The position numbers and the translations under genes are program-made. The notes below the pieces were generated by a model. That model saw only the letters and a program-made list of their open reading frames with translations. It was not told where the DNA came from and made no database searches. From Felis catus (Eukaryota): DNA of 64,000 nt. Where the stretch lies: NCBI RefSeq assembly GCF_018350175.1, contig NC_058382.1, forward strand, positions 58,840,001-58,904,000, in the 5' to 3' direction. This document shows, piece after piece, positions 11,277 to 22,200 of this stretch. The first letter of the stretch is position 1; each line of letters opens with the position of its first letter.

Positions 11277-14200
11277 CTCTTTGCCACCTGGGTGTGTTAT
11301 ACTGTTCCGTGATCCTGTTCCACATTGATTATACTAGTCCTATCAGATTCATCGTATGTGCTGCCACTCGTAGCGAAGACTTAAGGGCTTTGCCGCTATG
11401 GTTTCTCAGCGTCCTTTTGCTTTTGCTTTTCGAGTGAAATCACTTACGATCGCTTGACCAGGAACCGAGCACTTCCTAAAGAAGCTGACCCGCCCCTTGG
11501 GGCTTCTAGTTCCACGGCCACATTTGCTGAACGGATAATCCCCCCGAGTGGCCAAGGGAGATGGAGAAGGAGGGGGAGGGGGAGGAAAGAAACGGCCAAG
11601 CGCAGCACTTTGAACTGCCCACAACACCTGAACCAGAAGGTCCGCGCATGCTGCTTTCCTATGTAGCTCAGGAGTTTTATGCCAAAAAGCAACACTTCTC
11701 CACCAGTAACGCATCTCCCCATCCCCAACGGGAAATGACATTACAAAAGCCGGAAAGGACATCAGACACGCTGGCTTGGCAGCCCCGTGTGCATGTGGGA
11801 TTACTGTCAGAGTTCAAAGGAAGGGCTGAGAGGTAAGGGCGCCACAGGGCGGCATCGCGGGGATGCTTTCACCTCGTGGGACAATGACAGCCCGCGCTGA
11901 CCGGGCCACAGGCTTCCTGACGCCCACGCCGACCTGGCAGGGAGGCCTGCGGGGCTGGCTTTGGGTCGGCCGCGCTGCCCCGAGACGCTACCTGCTCCCC
12001 ACACGCGCCAGCCCAGTTCACCTGGCCCGCACGCCAAGCAGCGTTTCCAGGCGTGGGTGGTGCCAACTGTGGACCGTGCCGGGGCAGGACTGCCCCTCTG
12101 GAGCTGCCTTATTTCGTGGCCTGGCAAGGCAGGGGCTCCCACGGCTCCCCATTTGTGAATGCAAGATTACCCAATGTGCCTGCTTCACAAAGTCGGTGGG
12201 GCGGGGGGGGGGGGGGAGCCACGGCCCACACCCGGAGGGTCCGTCGGGACAGAAGCCGGGTGTGATGCACTTATGGACCATCGGCTTGTATTAACAGGAA
12301 CGGCACTAACAGCAGCCACACTGACCGAGCACACGGTAGGTGTGAGCTGTCCATCTGAGCACATTACAGGCGCCGATCCCTCAAGTAACCCCAGCAGACT
12401 AGCGTATCGGATGATGACCCGCAGCGGCCAGACTAGCGGGTTTGAACCCCGGCCTGCCTGTGACCCTGGACGGGTCACTTAACTTCTCTGTGCTTCGCGG
12501 CCCTCATCGGTCACATGGGGATCCGCGCGGCAGCGACCCAGCAGAGAACTGGGACCAACTCGTGTCAGCTCGCAAGCACTGTTACACTTTCATCAACTTC
12601 AAATCTTTCCCGTTAGCAAAACGTAAGTTACGTGCAAGTTAAAGCTAAATACGTCGTGTTAGGAATAAAGGCACCGCATGTTTGAAGCTCGTCATTCCCG
12701 AATTACGTTACTGCATTTTCACCATCATCCCCGCTCTTGTTTCCGGGTGTCGAATCGCCGTGGAAACACGCGTTCACGACGAGCGTCTGCACGCCACTTC
12801 CTGACTCCCTGTCCCGGGATGTCGCACCGGCGGCTTGCAGTCAGCCACAGCGAGGACGTTCACGCCACGGAAGCCGGCAGGCACCCAAGTCGCGTCTCCC
12901 CCTCCCCCACAGAGAACCGATTGTTGGGGGGGTCACCAGCACACCTCTGTGACTACCTTGTGGCGAGCGGCCAGAACGCATCACCACTACTGTTACTGAC
13001 GCAGACACCACGAGACTGACCCACGGTGTGCAGCGTCCAGGCGCGATCCCGGGTACGTACGGCGGCTCCGGAGCTCCGCCAGCCGGAACTCGAGGCACGC
13101 CGCAGAGTGGGGGCCCCCACGGGCTTCCTAGATGATCAAACACGAAATCGATCTCCAATGTGCCGGCTGCACAACGGCCCAGGGGGCTTTGATAACACAG
13201 GTTCCTCACGGCGTCTCTTATGCCGGGCTGCAGGACGTGCGTTTTCAGCGTGTCCCTGAGGTTCAGACCGTGGACCATCACCGTTCTCCCTCCAACCTCC
13301 GTCCCCAGCCCGGCCGGCCATCCAGCCCGGCAGCAAGCGGTGGCCGTGGGTGGGGAAGCACGTGGGGGCGTGGAACCCGGGCTGCCCTCTGCATGAGCAT
13401 AAGCCGGAACCAAGAGGGCATCTAAAGACTCAGCGTTGGTCAGGGGCCTCCTCCAGCGGAGGCAGCAGTGATGCCTGGGGAGCTGATGGGCTAAAGTCAC
13501 GTGGGGCCAGGAAGGTTGGCCAAGTTCACATGAGTGGCCCCCAGAGCAGGGCGTGGCATGTGCACAGGGCTCGGAGGTTTACAAAATGTGGCCACGTCCC
13601 TTCTGCCGTAGTTCCGTGATGACCCTGTGAGATCAGCAGAGGAAGCACCAAATCACCCCCCACCCCCATTTACGGACCAGGAAACTGAGGTTCAGAGAAG
13701 TTCTTGCCAAAGCTCACTGCTGCTTAGACCTGGAGCCTTTGGTTCCAAGGCCACGCTTTCCCTCAAAAAGCTGGCAGGAGGGAAGGGATGGAAGGATGGG
13801 GCTGGGTTCCCAACAGGTCAAAGTTTATGCGTGACCTTGCTCTTGGCTCTGTCGCTCACGCACTGTGTGACCTAGGCAAGTTTCTAACTCTTTCTGTGCC
13901 TTAGGTTTGCTCCTCTGAAAATGCAGGGAGATGACTGGCAACCCTCTCATATGGTTGTTGCAAATCAACAGATGTACAGATGCTTCTTAGAATATTGCGC
14001 CAAGTGGGGTTCAGTGATGCGAGAGACAACAGCATTAATGGCTACGGTGAGATGATCGCCTTGATCTATTTTTTGGCCTCTCATGGCTGGCTCTCTTCTT
14101 CAAAGGCAGCGTACAAATCTGGGGCAAGGATAGCAACTACAAGTGTCCTGGGCTGGGAGTCGGGGCCCTGGCTTGGAAACAAGCTTCAAACCGTCCACAG

Positions 14201-14548
14201 GTGTTCCCTGGGTGCCTATTATGTGCTGATGCTCTGAAGGTCCCTCTGACTCAGTGGCCACAGGGAACAATGGCTGAGGGTGAGCACCTGGGTCACACGG
14301 ACACCACGCAACTGGTGGGCTGGCGGTCTCACTCAAGTCCCTTATTCTCTCTAAATCTGTCTTCCCGTCTATAACAGGATGGATGAGAAAATCAACCCCG
14401 CAGAGTTTTTGTGAGTATGGAATTTTAACACAAAATTGTGCCCATAAGGTGTTTTAGCTTAGGGTGGCAACTCCCACCCCTGGTGATGTACTTTAGAATC
14501 AACTGGAGGGCTTTAAAAAATGCCCCTGTATCCTACCCCAGACTAAAT

Positions 14549-14600
14549 GAATTGGAATTGGAATTGGAATTGGAATTGGAATTGGAATTGGAATTGGAAT
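14549..14600. repeat. (GAATTG)n microsatellite, about 8.7 units
   Basis: Perfect hexamer tandem, directly following a MER5-like fragment (about 14462-14548). Confidence 0.95.
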
Positions 14601-15632
14601 GGTGATGATCCTGGTGATTGTGCACATGGCAATTCTGGTGATGGTAAGAGCCACCATTTCCCCCTTCTCTTCTGTCTGCCTGGAATATTCTCCCCCCATT
14701 TCTCCTCATGGCTCCTTCACTCCCTTCCTTCACATCTATACAGCAGTCAATGCCTCCTCCAAAGCTTCCCGGACCACCCTCTACAAATCGGCACCCCCAT
14801 TCTTCAGCAGCCCCCACCCTGATTTCCACTTCTTCATTGTGTGTCTCTAGCTCATGTCATATCACACCTCGATTTGTGTACTGCTGACTGTTCCCTGTCA
14901 AACCGTAAGCCCTTGTGAAATCACAGATCACACCTCGGAGTTACTACGGCTGACCCGCGGAGCTCAGGCTTTGATGCTGCCGGGGACATCAGACCTCAGC
15001 ACTTAGGGTCTGCAGACACGTGGGGCAGAGCGGGCTTGGGGACTTGAGGCAAATCAGGCATAGAGACCCGGGTGCAGGAAACTGGGAGGGTCAAGAGCTG
15101 GTATCTGGTCCACACTGCCTGCTCCAATATTCAAGTGTCGAGTCCTTCTCTGTAAAGTGAGGATATTCACACTACCTAACCTGTGCGGTTCGCTTGCAAA
15201 GCACGATAAATGGTGCGCATCGCAGGTACACCACGTCTGTGCCTCGGACCTCCTGGCACAGGGCTGGACGCCGACAGGGGCAGGGTCTGTGCAGAGGTGG
15301 AACCTGGCAGGGGCGGGGAGCAAGCTGGGGTCCAAGCCCCGGCTCAGCACCAGGCTAGGTCCCCTGGACCAGGCAGCCGAGTTCACCTAGCCTCAGTTTC
15401 CTCTTCTGTGAAACCGATAGAATAGACAGCACCACTCCGCCTGGCGAGGGGGAGGACTGGATGAGACGGAGCATAAGATCACTGTGAGCAGCGACGCATC
15501 TTCAAGCTCAGAGAGCTGACGAAAGTCACCATCGGACGAGATTCTCTCCTCTTGGTTGAGTCGACTAGACTCCAGAAAAGGAAAGAAGCAGAAAAGGCAG
15601 AACACGAGGAGGAGAAAACACGGGCGTGCGAG

Positions 15633-15637
<5 letters not shown>

Positions 15638-15665
<28 letters not shown>

Positions 15666-15864
15666 TGTCATTGACGGAGATTCACACACACCGACACACT
15701 CCCCGAGACACGCTCACTGACGCACTGACACTGGCACACGCACACACACACACTCACACGCACACACACACACACACTCTCACTGACGGAGATTCACACA
15801 CACCGACACACTCCCCGAGACACGCTCCCCGACGCACTGACACTGGCACACGCACACACACACA

Positions 15865-15905
<41 letters not shown>

Positions 15906-16205
15906 TCATTGACGGAGATTCACACACACCGACACACTCCCCGAGACACGCTCACTGACGCACTGACACTGGCACACGCACACACACACACTCACACGCA
16001 CACACACACACACACTCTCACTGACGGAGATTCACACACACCGACACACTCCCCGAGACACGCTCACCGACGCACTGACACTGGCACACGCACACACACA
16101 CACTCACACGCACACACACACACACACACACACACTCTCACTGACGGAGATTCACACACACCGACACACTCCCCGAGACACGCTCCCCGACGCACTGACA
16201 CTGGC

Positions 16206-16243
<38 letters not shown>

Positions 16244-16368
16244 ACACACACTCTCACTGACGGAGATTCACACACACCGACACACTCCCCGAGACACGCT
16301 CACCGACGCACTGACACTGGCACACGCACACACACACACTCACACGCACACACACGTGCACACACACG
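15638..16368. repeat. Compound CA-rich minisatellite, 6 units of about 112-126 bp
   Basis: Conserved core CT(G/C)TCA(T/C)TGACGGAGATTCACACACACCGACACACTCCCCGAGACACGCTC...GACGCACTGACACTGGCACACG recurs 6 times, separated by variable (CA)n tracts. Confidence 0.95.
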
Positions 16369-17758
16369 CGGGCCGACAAAGGGACCCCGCCGGCATACAA
16401 ACAAGGCAGGGGCGGCCCCCTGAAGCCTCTCCTCGGACGGCCAGAGGCGGCAGTGATGAATTCACGAAGATATCTAATTTTCCACTGTTTTAATTAGAGA
16501 CCTGGGCTCTGAGGCCTCGCAGCTGGCGTCCCTGTGCTGCGTTCTGTTGCCTGACAGAGAAAAATGTCTTCGCTAACGTCAGCCAAGCTCTGCGCCTGAC
16601 CTGAGCGAGCGAAACTTCTGGGATTCATAAACTTGTGGTTTCTGGGCAGGGTGTCGTCTGAACCGGGCCTCCCCCTACCCCAGAACCAGGGCTGGGGGCC
16701 ACCGTCACCGGCGGGGAGCAGGGAGAACACAGAGACTGGGAGGTGGCCCCGGGACCGTGGTGGGGGGGCTCCTGGGCCTAGTCCCCAGGTAGGGGAGTCT
16801 CCTTGTGGTTTACAACTGAGCCCTGCTTGCACAGGCAAACGCTCTGCTTCTCCGAGACAATGCCGAGTGTGTGCTCGGAGTAATTTAATTTATTGCTCAT
16901 CCTTTGCCAAGCGATCTTTCACAATGCTGCATTCAATGGACGTGTGGCTGGGCAGAGGCTCTCCCCACCTCTCCTGCCTTCCTGGCGGCCGTCTTCCTTG
17001 TGACTCACTTCGAAAAGAGGCAAGATGGGTGGTGGAGGACAGACGGGGCCCTGGTGTCAGGGCGCACTCACGTCGCGCCTCCGTCCTGGGCCACGGGCAC
17101 CGCCTCGGGCAAGGGTCCCGTCCCCGACCCCGCTTTCTCAAAGGGCAAACGGCAGTCATAAGAACGTCGGCTGCGTAGGGAGGTGGTGGGGATTGAATTA
17201 AATCGTGAGTGGTGGAGAGGAAAAGAAGGTGCTAACGTAGAAAAGAAACAAAGGCCCCTGTGAGATTCAAATAGGCTTCTGGAGGAAAATGCCTTCGATG
17301 CACGATGAACGCCTGATATGCGGCATTACTGAGACGGCCACGATCCTCCACGTCTGTCCCGCGGCACAGGCCGACCTCCCCGTCTACACCTCAAGGGAGA
17401 AATCGAGCCCTGGGCTGTGCAGCCTACGCACCGCAGAGGCAATGGTTGGTGGTTCAGTGACAGTATGTGGCACGTGGCCTATCGCAGGCAGGAAGAAAGG
17501 TGGCCGTGATTTGGTTTACTCGTTGACCATGAAAGACGTTACCTCCAAATCACGAGTCCAGTGTCAAAAGACACCTATCACAGGTGTCAGTTTCTGGACC
17601 TAAACACAACTTAGCTCAGAATCACATGCATAGTACAGTCTCCAAACAGGAGTGAGTTGCCTACATTCCCAATCACAAAAAAAAAAAAAAAAAAAAAATC
17701 CTAGCCCAGACTGTGTACCTCTGAGATGCTCAGAGGATTATTGCAATTGGTTACTTCT

Positions 17759-17978
17759 TTTTAAAAATTTTTTTTAACGTTTATTTATTTTTGAGACAGA
17801 GAGACACAGAGCATGAACGGGGGAGGGGCAGAGAGAGAGGGAGACACAGAATCGGAAACAGGCTCCAGGCTCTGAGCCATCAGCCCAGAGCCCGACGTGG
17901 GGCTCGAACCCACGGACCGCAAGATCGTGACCTGAGCCAAAGTCGGACGCTCAACCGACTGAGCCACCCAGGCGCCCC
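17759..17978 (-). mobile_element. Feline Can-SINE (SINEC_Fc) with 17-bp TSD
   Basis: Full tRNA-derived head (GGGGCGCCTGGGTGGCTCAGTCGGTTGAG on minus), CT tract and A-tail. TSD TGCAATTGGTTACTTCT at 17742-17758 and 17979-17995. Confidence 0.97.
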
Positions 17979-18034
17979 TGCAATTGGTTACTTCTAACCT
18001 TGCAACAACTGAACCGTGGACCTGCTTCCAAGTG

Positions 18035-18240
18035 GCTTAACTACGTCCCAGAACAAAGTTCAACAATACTGGCAGGATACAAAAGTATCTGTCACCCGGC
18101 AGGTAAGGTCGACAATATGTGGCATCCCATCCAAAGTTTTCCAGTTTGCAAAGAATCAGGAAAATATAACCCATAATGAAGAGGAAAACAATCCACGGAA
18201 AATAACGGAAATAACACGATGAGAGGATTAGCAGACCAGG
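18035..18240 (+). mobile_element. Ancient L1M 5'-region fragment
   Basis: CAATATGTGGCATCCCATCCAAAG...GCAAAGAATCAGGAAAATATAACCCATAATGAAGAGGAAAACAATC...ATTAGCAGAC resembles old L1M 5'-end/ORF1-start sequence as recalled. Confidence 0.6.
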
Positions 18241-20667
18241 GCGCGGACGGTCACCGTAACGGTACCGACGGGGTCCCAAGGGCTCTTCCCAGCCCTGGTC
18301 CAGCCTCCTGAGGGAGACGCTGGGCATCGCGGGGAGGCTCTTGTCAGTCCCCCGTGCATCAGGGACAACGAATGTTCTGGAAGGTCCTCGCTGGGGGGAG
18401 GAGCGAGAGGATGAGGGGGAGATAGAAGACTGCACCTGACCTGGCAGAGCCCCCGCCCTCCGCCTCAGCCTCGTCCCCGGAAACCACGTCGAAAGACGCG
18501 TGCCGTCAGGAGTCCCCAGCCCTTTGTGTCAGGATGGACACCCCCCTCCTGGGCGTCTTGGGTGGCTCTAGAACGTAACCCAGAGCCAAAGGCGTGGTGA
18601 GGACCACATGGTTGCACGGAGCGCGCAGTCCGGGACCTGGCGCAAGGGGAGCGCTCGGTGATCGGCGCCCGCTCTAGTCACCGCGGACGGGACGCAGCTC
18701 CACTGTTACTCTGGCTCCTCAGAGTCCGGCATCCGCACCGGCCTGCTTGGCAGGCACACGGGACCTGTCCATGCACCGTGCCTGGTTTTGCTCCCCAGCT
18801 CAGTCCCGGCCCCGGGGTTCTGACGGTCTCCGTATTCTAGAGCGATGTTCCAAACGTTCAATACCACCATGGTGCAGACGCTGGCCTCCTGGAGACCCTT
18901 ACTTTCCAGGCACTGCAACCAAACTCCAGGGTCAGGGTGTCCCGGATGGCGCGAGGGGGAGCGCTCAGAAGACTCGAGGCCAGAAGATTCGAGGCCATGG
19001 CCCTGAACTCTGTCAGTATTTCAGCCATCAGCACAGCTGGACCAGCACAAGGAGGCTCCCAGCCGCAGCGGTAGTGACTTCTCGTATTCTCTGAGTCAAC
19101 GCTTTTCCCGCGAGGACCCTTCCCAACTCTCGGCCATGAGGTTGGATGGGCCCGGCCCCACCCCCAGCTCCAGGGAAGCCCTGTGTCACAGCGGCAGTGG
19201 ACTCGGGGCACCCCAGAGGGGGTCAAGCTTGAGAAACGGGGTGGGGGGGTGGGGTGGGAGGGCTGGAGGATTGCTGAGCTAGTGGGAAACCCAGAGTTGC
19301 CAGGCATCACTTTGGACGGGCTGTGCGCTGACGAAGTTCTCCCAGACGAAAGCAGAGGTGAGGGAAGGAGAGAGGGGCAGCTTGCTGATCACACCTCAAC
19401 GCCTGGATCCAGCAGCACCTGAAGCCGACCTACCCCTGGACTTCCCAGGTAACTGAACAAACACTGGTTTTCAACTCAGCCGGGCTGAGCTGGGCTTCCT
19501 GCCATTTGCAACCAGCCAAGGCTTCACCGACAGTGACACTCCCTCCGGGTCCCCTGTGTGTCGGTGTAAAGCCCATCCCCCGCCCTGTGGAAGCCCCCAA
19601 AAGCTGACATACTTTTCCAATCCCATAAGCCCTGGGGTAAGGGGAACCGGTGACTCTGACATGCCCTCTCCCTGCCGCCTGTCGTCCAAGGCATCTCTCG
19701 GCAGTCTTGCAGGGGCTCGTGGCAGAGACAGCAGCTGTGACCGCAGGGGAGTGGGAGGGCCTCTCCCCTTTCCAGTTAAATGCATTCGTCCCAGTGCTGG
19801 TTGCATCCCACCCCGCACACCCAGGGCTGGGCTCGAGGGCACTTTCTGCCGCAGGCACGACGCGGACCCCACCGGGGTTGTCTGTGTGGTGAAGGATGCT
19901 AGGCACACAGCTGAGGCGATCTGCAGGGGCAGTTTGCTGAGGTCTCTGCGGACCCTCCCTCCCTCGCCCCTCTCCACCCATCTCCTCCTTCTTTGTTCTG
20001 CCCCTTCCTGTCTGCCCCGCCCCCTCCCCTACCTTGAAGAACTCTTTCTGCCTCTCTACCTCCTTATCGATATCTGTGACTTGTCCAGATATCTGTCCAT
20101 CTGTCCCGACCTCCTTCTCGATCTCTCTCTCCGTTTCTCTTTCCCGTCTGCCTCTCTCCGCGCCCCCACCTGCTCCCTCTCCCATGTCCGTCTCTCACCT
20201 GACTTCTGTCTTTCCTTCCTATCCTCCTTGCCCTCGTCAGTCTCAAGACCAACCATGGGACCTGCCGGGAGAGGCTGACGACGCCCCACCCCCACCCCCA
20301 CCCCGGGACCACTGTCACTGACCCAAGTTGGCTCCGGAATGACACAGCAGGGGACCTGGAGTGTGGGCCACGCCGTCTGCCTTGGTTGACCCTCGGGGGC
20401 CCTGAGAGGAGCTCCGTGCTGGTCCCGGACAGACCCGCAGCCCTGGGGCAGCAGCAGTCTCCAGACCATTCGGGGAACCGCAGCCGGCAAATATCTGGGG
20501 AGGAACCCACCCCCGCTGGCCCTCGGGCTGCCCCTCCGGGCTCTTCCCATCTCTTTGGTCTCCACCAGAGTCTTCAAGGTTTCAACCCTGGAGGCTGAGC
20601 TGCTGAATGTCCCCACCGGAGGCTGGACTGACCGGGGGCCAGGTCTGTGTCACGTGTCTCGGTGACA

Positions 20668-21056
20668 GTACCTGTTCCCCAGGGCTGCCGCGATGACACA
20701 GCCCGAAGTGGGGGCGTGAGACACAGGAGGGCTGGGGACCCAAACCCAGAAGTCCCTCTGAGGGCTCCAGGGAAGGACTTGTTCCATGCTGTTCTCTCAG
20801 CTTCCGGCAATCCTTGGTGTTCCTTGGCTTGTAGACACATCCTTCGGCCTCTGCCTCTGCCGCCCCTCGGACGAGACGTCTCCCATCTGTGTGTCTTTCC
20901 TCTTCTTACAAGGACACCAGTCACATTGGATTAAGGGCCCGTGTTCTCCGGAATGACTTCACCCGACCTAATCACATGTGCGATGGTCCCTTCTCCGAAG
21001 AAGGTCGCGTCTCCGGGAAGGACGCGAGTTTGGGGGACGCCATCCAACCCAGTCGA
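20668..21056 (-). mobile_element. MLT1C-like solo LTR
   Basis: CAGGGCTGCC...CAATCCTTGGTGTTCCTTGGCTTGTAGA...TCCTCTTCTTACAAGGACACCAGTCACATTGGATTAAGGGCCC...TTTGGGGGACGCCATCCAACCCA. Confidence 0.85.
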
Positions 21057-21996
21057 GTAACTAAAGGCAGTGTGGGCGGCGGAGCCGAGGTGTGAGTTTG
21101 GACCCGGTTCTATAACGTTGAGAAGGTTACTGAGCAGGTCTGAGCCCCGGCCCCTATCCCTAAGGCAGGGACGACAGTGTGGTTGCACAGGACACTCGGG
21201 CACAGGGCCCGCACACGGCGAGCACAGACGCAGGGCGGTTCGCGGTCTAAGTACGCAGCACTTTGCAAGAGGACCTAGGACGTGCTTTCGGCCAGGCTGC
21301 TGCGGGGGAGGGGTCCCAGGTGAGGTAACAGTGGGGGTCCCGGGAAGGCTCGGGCCTCGACAGTCACTGGCGCCCCTTCTTCGGCCCCAGAGGCAGATTC
21401 CCCAAGAGGACGCAGGAAACGGAGCCGCGTCCTCACAAGGTGGCCAAGAGGAAAGGAGCCAGGGCCCCGGGGCAGGAGGGGCCCTCTGGGCCTGGTCTGG
21501 GCAGGGGTGCCCCAGGAGCGGGAGCTGCCAGCTTGCATCCCAGCCCCACCTTTGGGTCAGTCTGCTCCCCTGACTGTTTTATAAGACGACAGCCATCATC
21601 CCAAGTCCCAGACGGTGGAGGGGAGTCAACGGGTCAGTGAACTGTGCCAAGGACAAGCTGTGCTAACCTCAGGTGGCCCACCTCGCCGCCCTCTCCTGTG
21701 CCAACGCCGCTCTCCAGGCCTGCGTGCGGGAGACAGACAGGGAGAGGGCGAGGCACTCGGCAGAGGCGAGAACCCGGCTGGAGAGACGAGCCCGTTTGCG
21801 CGGAAGGGGCCGGGAGGAAGGGGCCAGAGGGAGGTGGAGAAGGAAACCACACTGGCGAGGGCTCGGCGGAGCGCATGGGGGTCTCATCCGCGAGCGACGT
21901 CCAGGAGGACTCGGGACGGGAGGGAGCATGTTATGGGACGTGCTGCTACTGAGGACGGACCGACAGCCGTGGGACGGACCTAAACGCCATCCACGA

Positions 21997-22200
21997 AGCG
22001 GCGGCCGGCAAGCTACGGCCACGCGCAGCCTACCGTCTGCGTCTGCGAATAAAGTTTTATCGGAACAGTCACGTCCCTGGCTGCTTTGGCATCACAATGG
22101 CCGGCTTCAGTAGTTTGACAGAGACCGGCCACAAACCTGCCCGGCCTGCGAACCCCAAAACATTTACTATCCGCCCCTTTCAAGAAACAGCTGGCCCCTG
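21997..22200 (+). mobile_element. MER58A-like MITE
   Basis: GGCAAGCTACGGCC...AATAAAGTTTTATCGGAACA...GGCTGCTTT...CAGTAGTTTGACAGAGACC...AAAACATTTACTATC...CCCCTG. Confidence 0.8.

Noticed and set aside
15626..16493. His/Thr-rich ORFs
   Set aside because: They are translations of the (CA)n compound minisatellite.
17785..17997. Recurrent 60-70 aa ORF family (MAQSVERPT..., also at 32757, 35434, 39640, 58441) and tRNA-like A/B boxes
   Set aside because: These are Can-SINE copies. The tRNA-derived head is not a tRNA gene, and the peptides are SINE translations.
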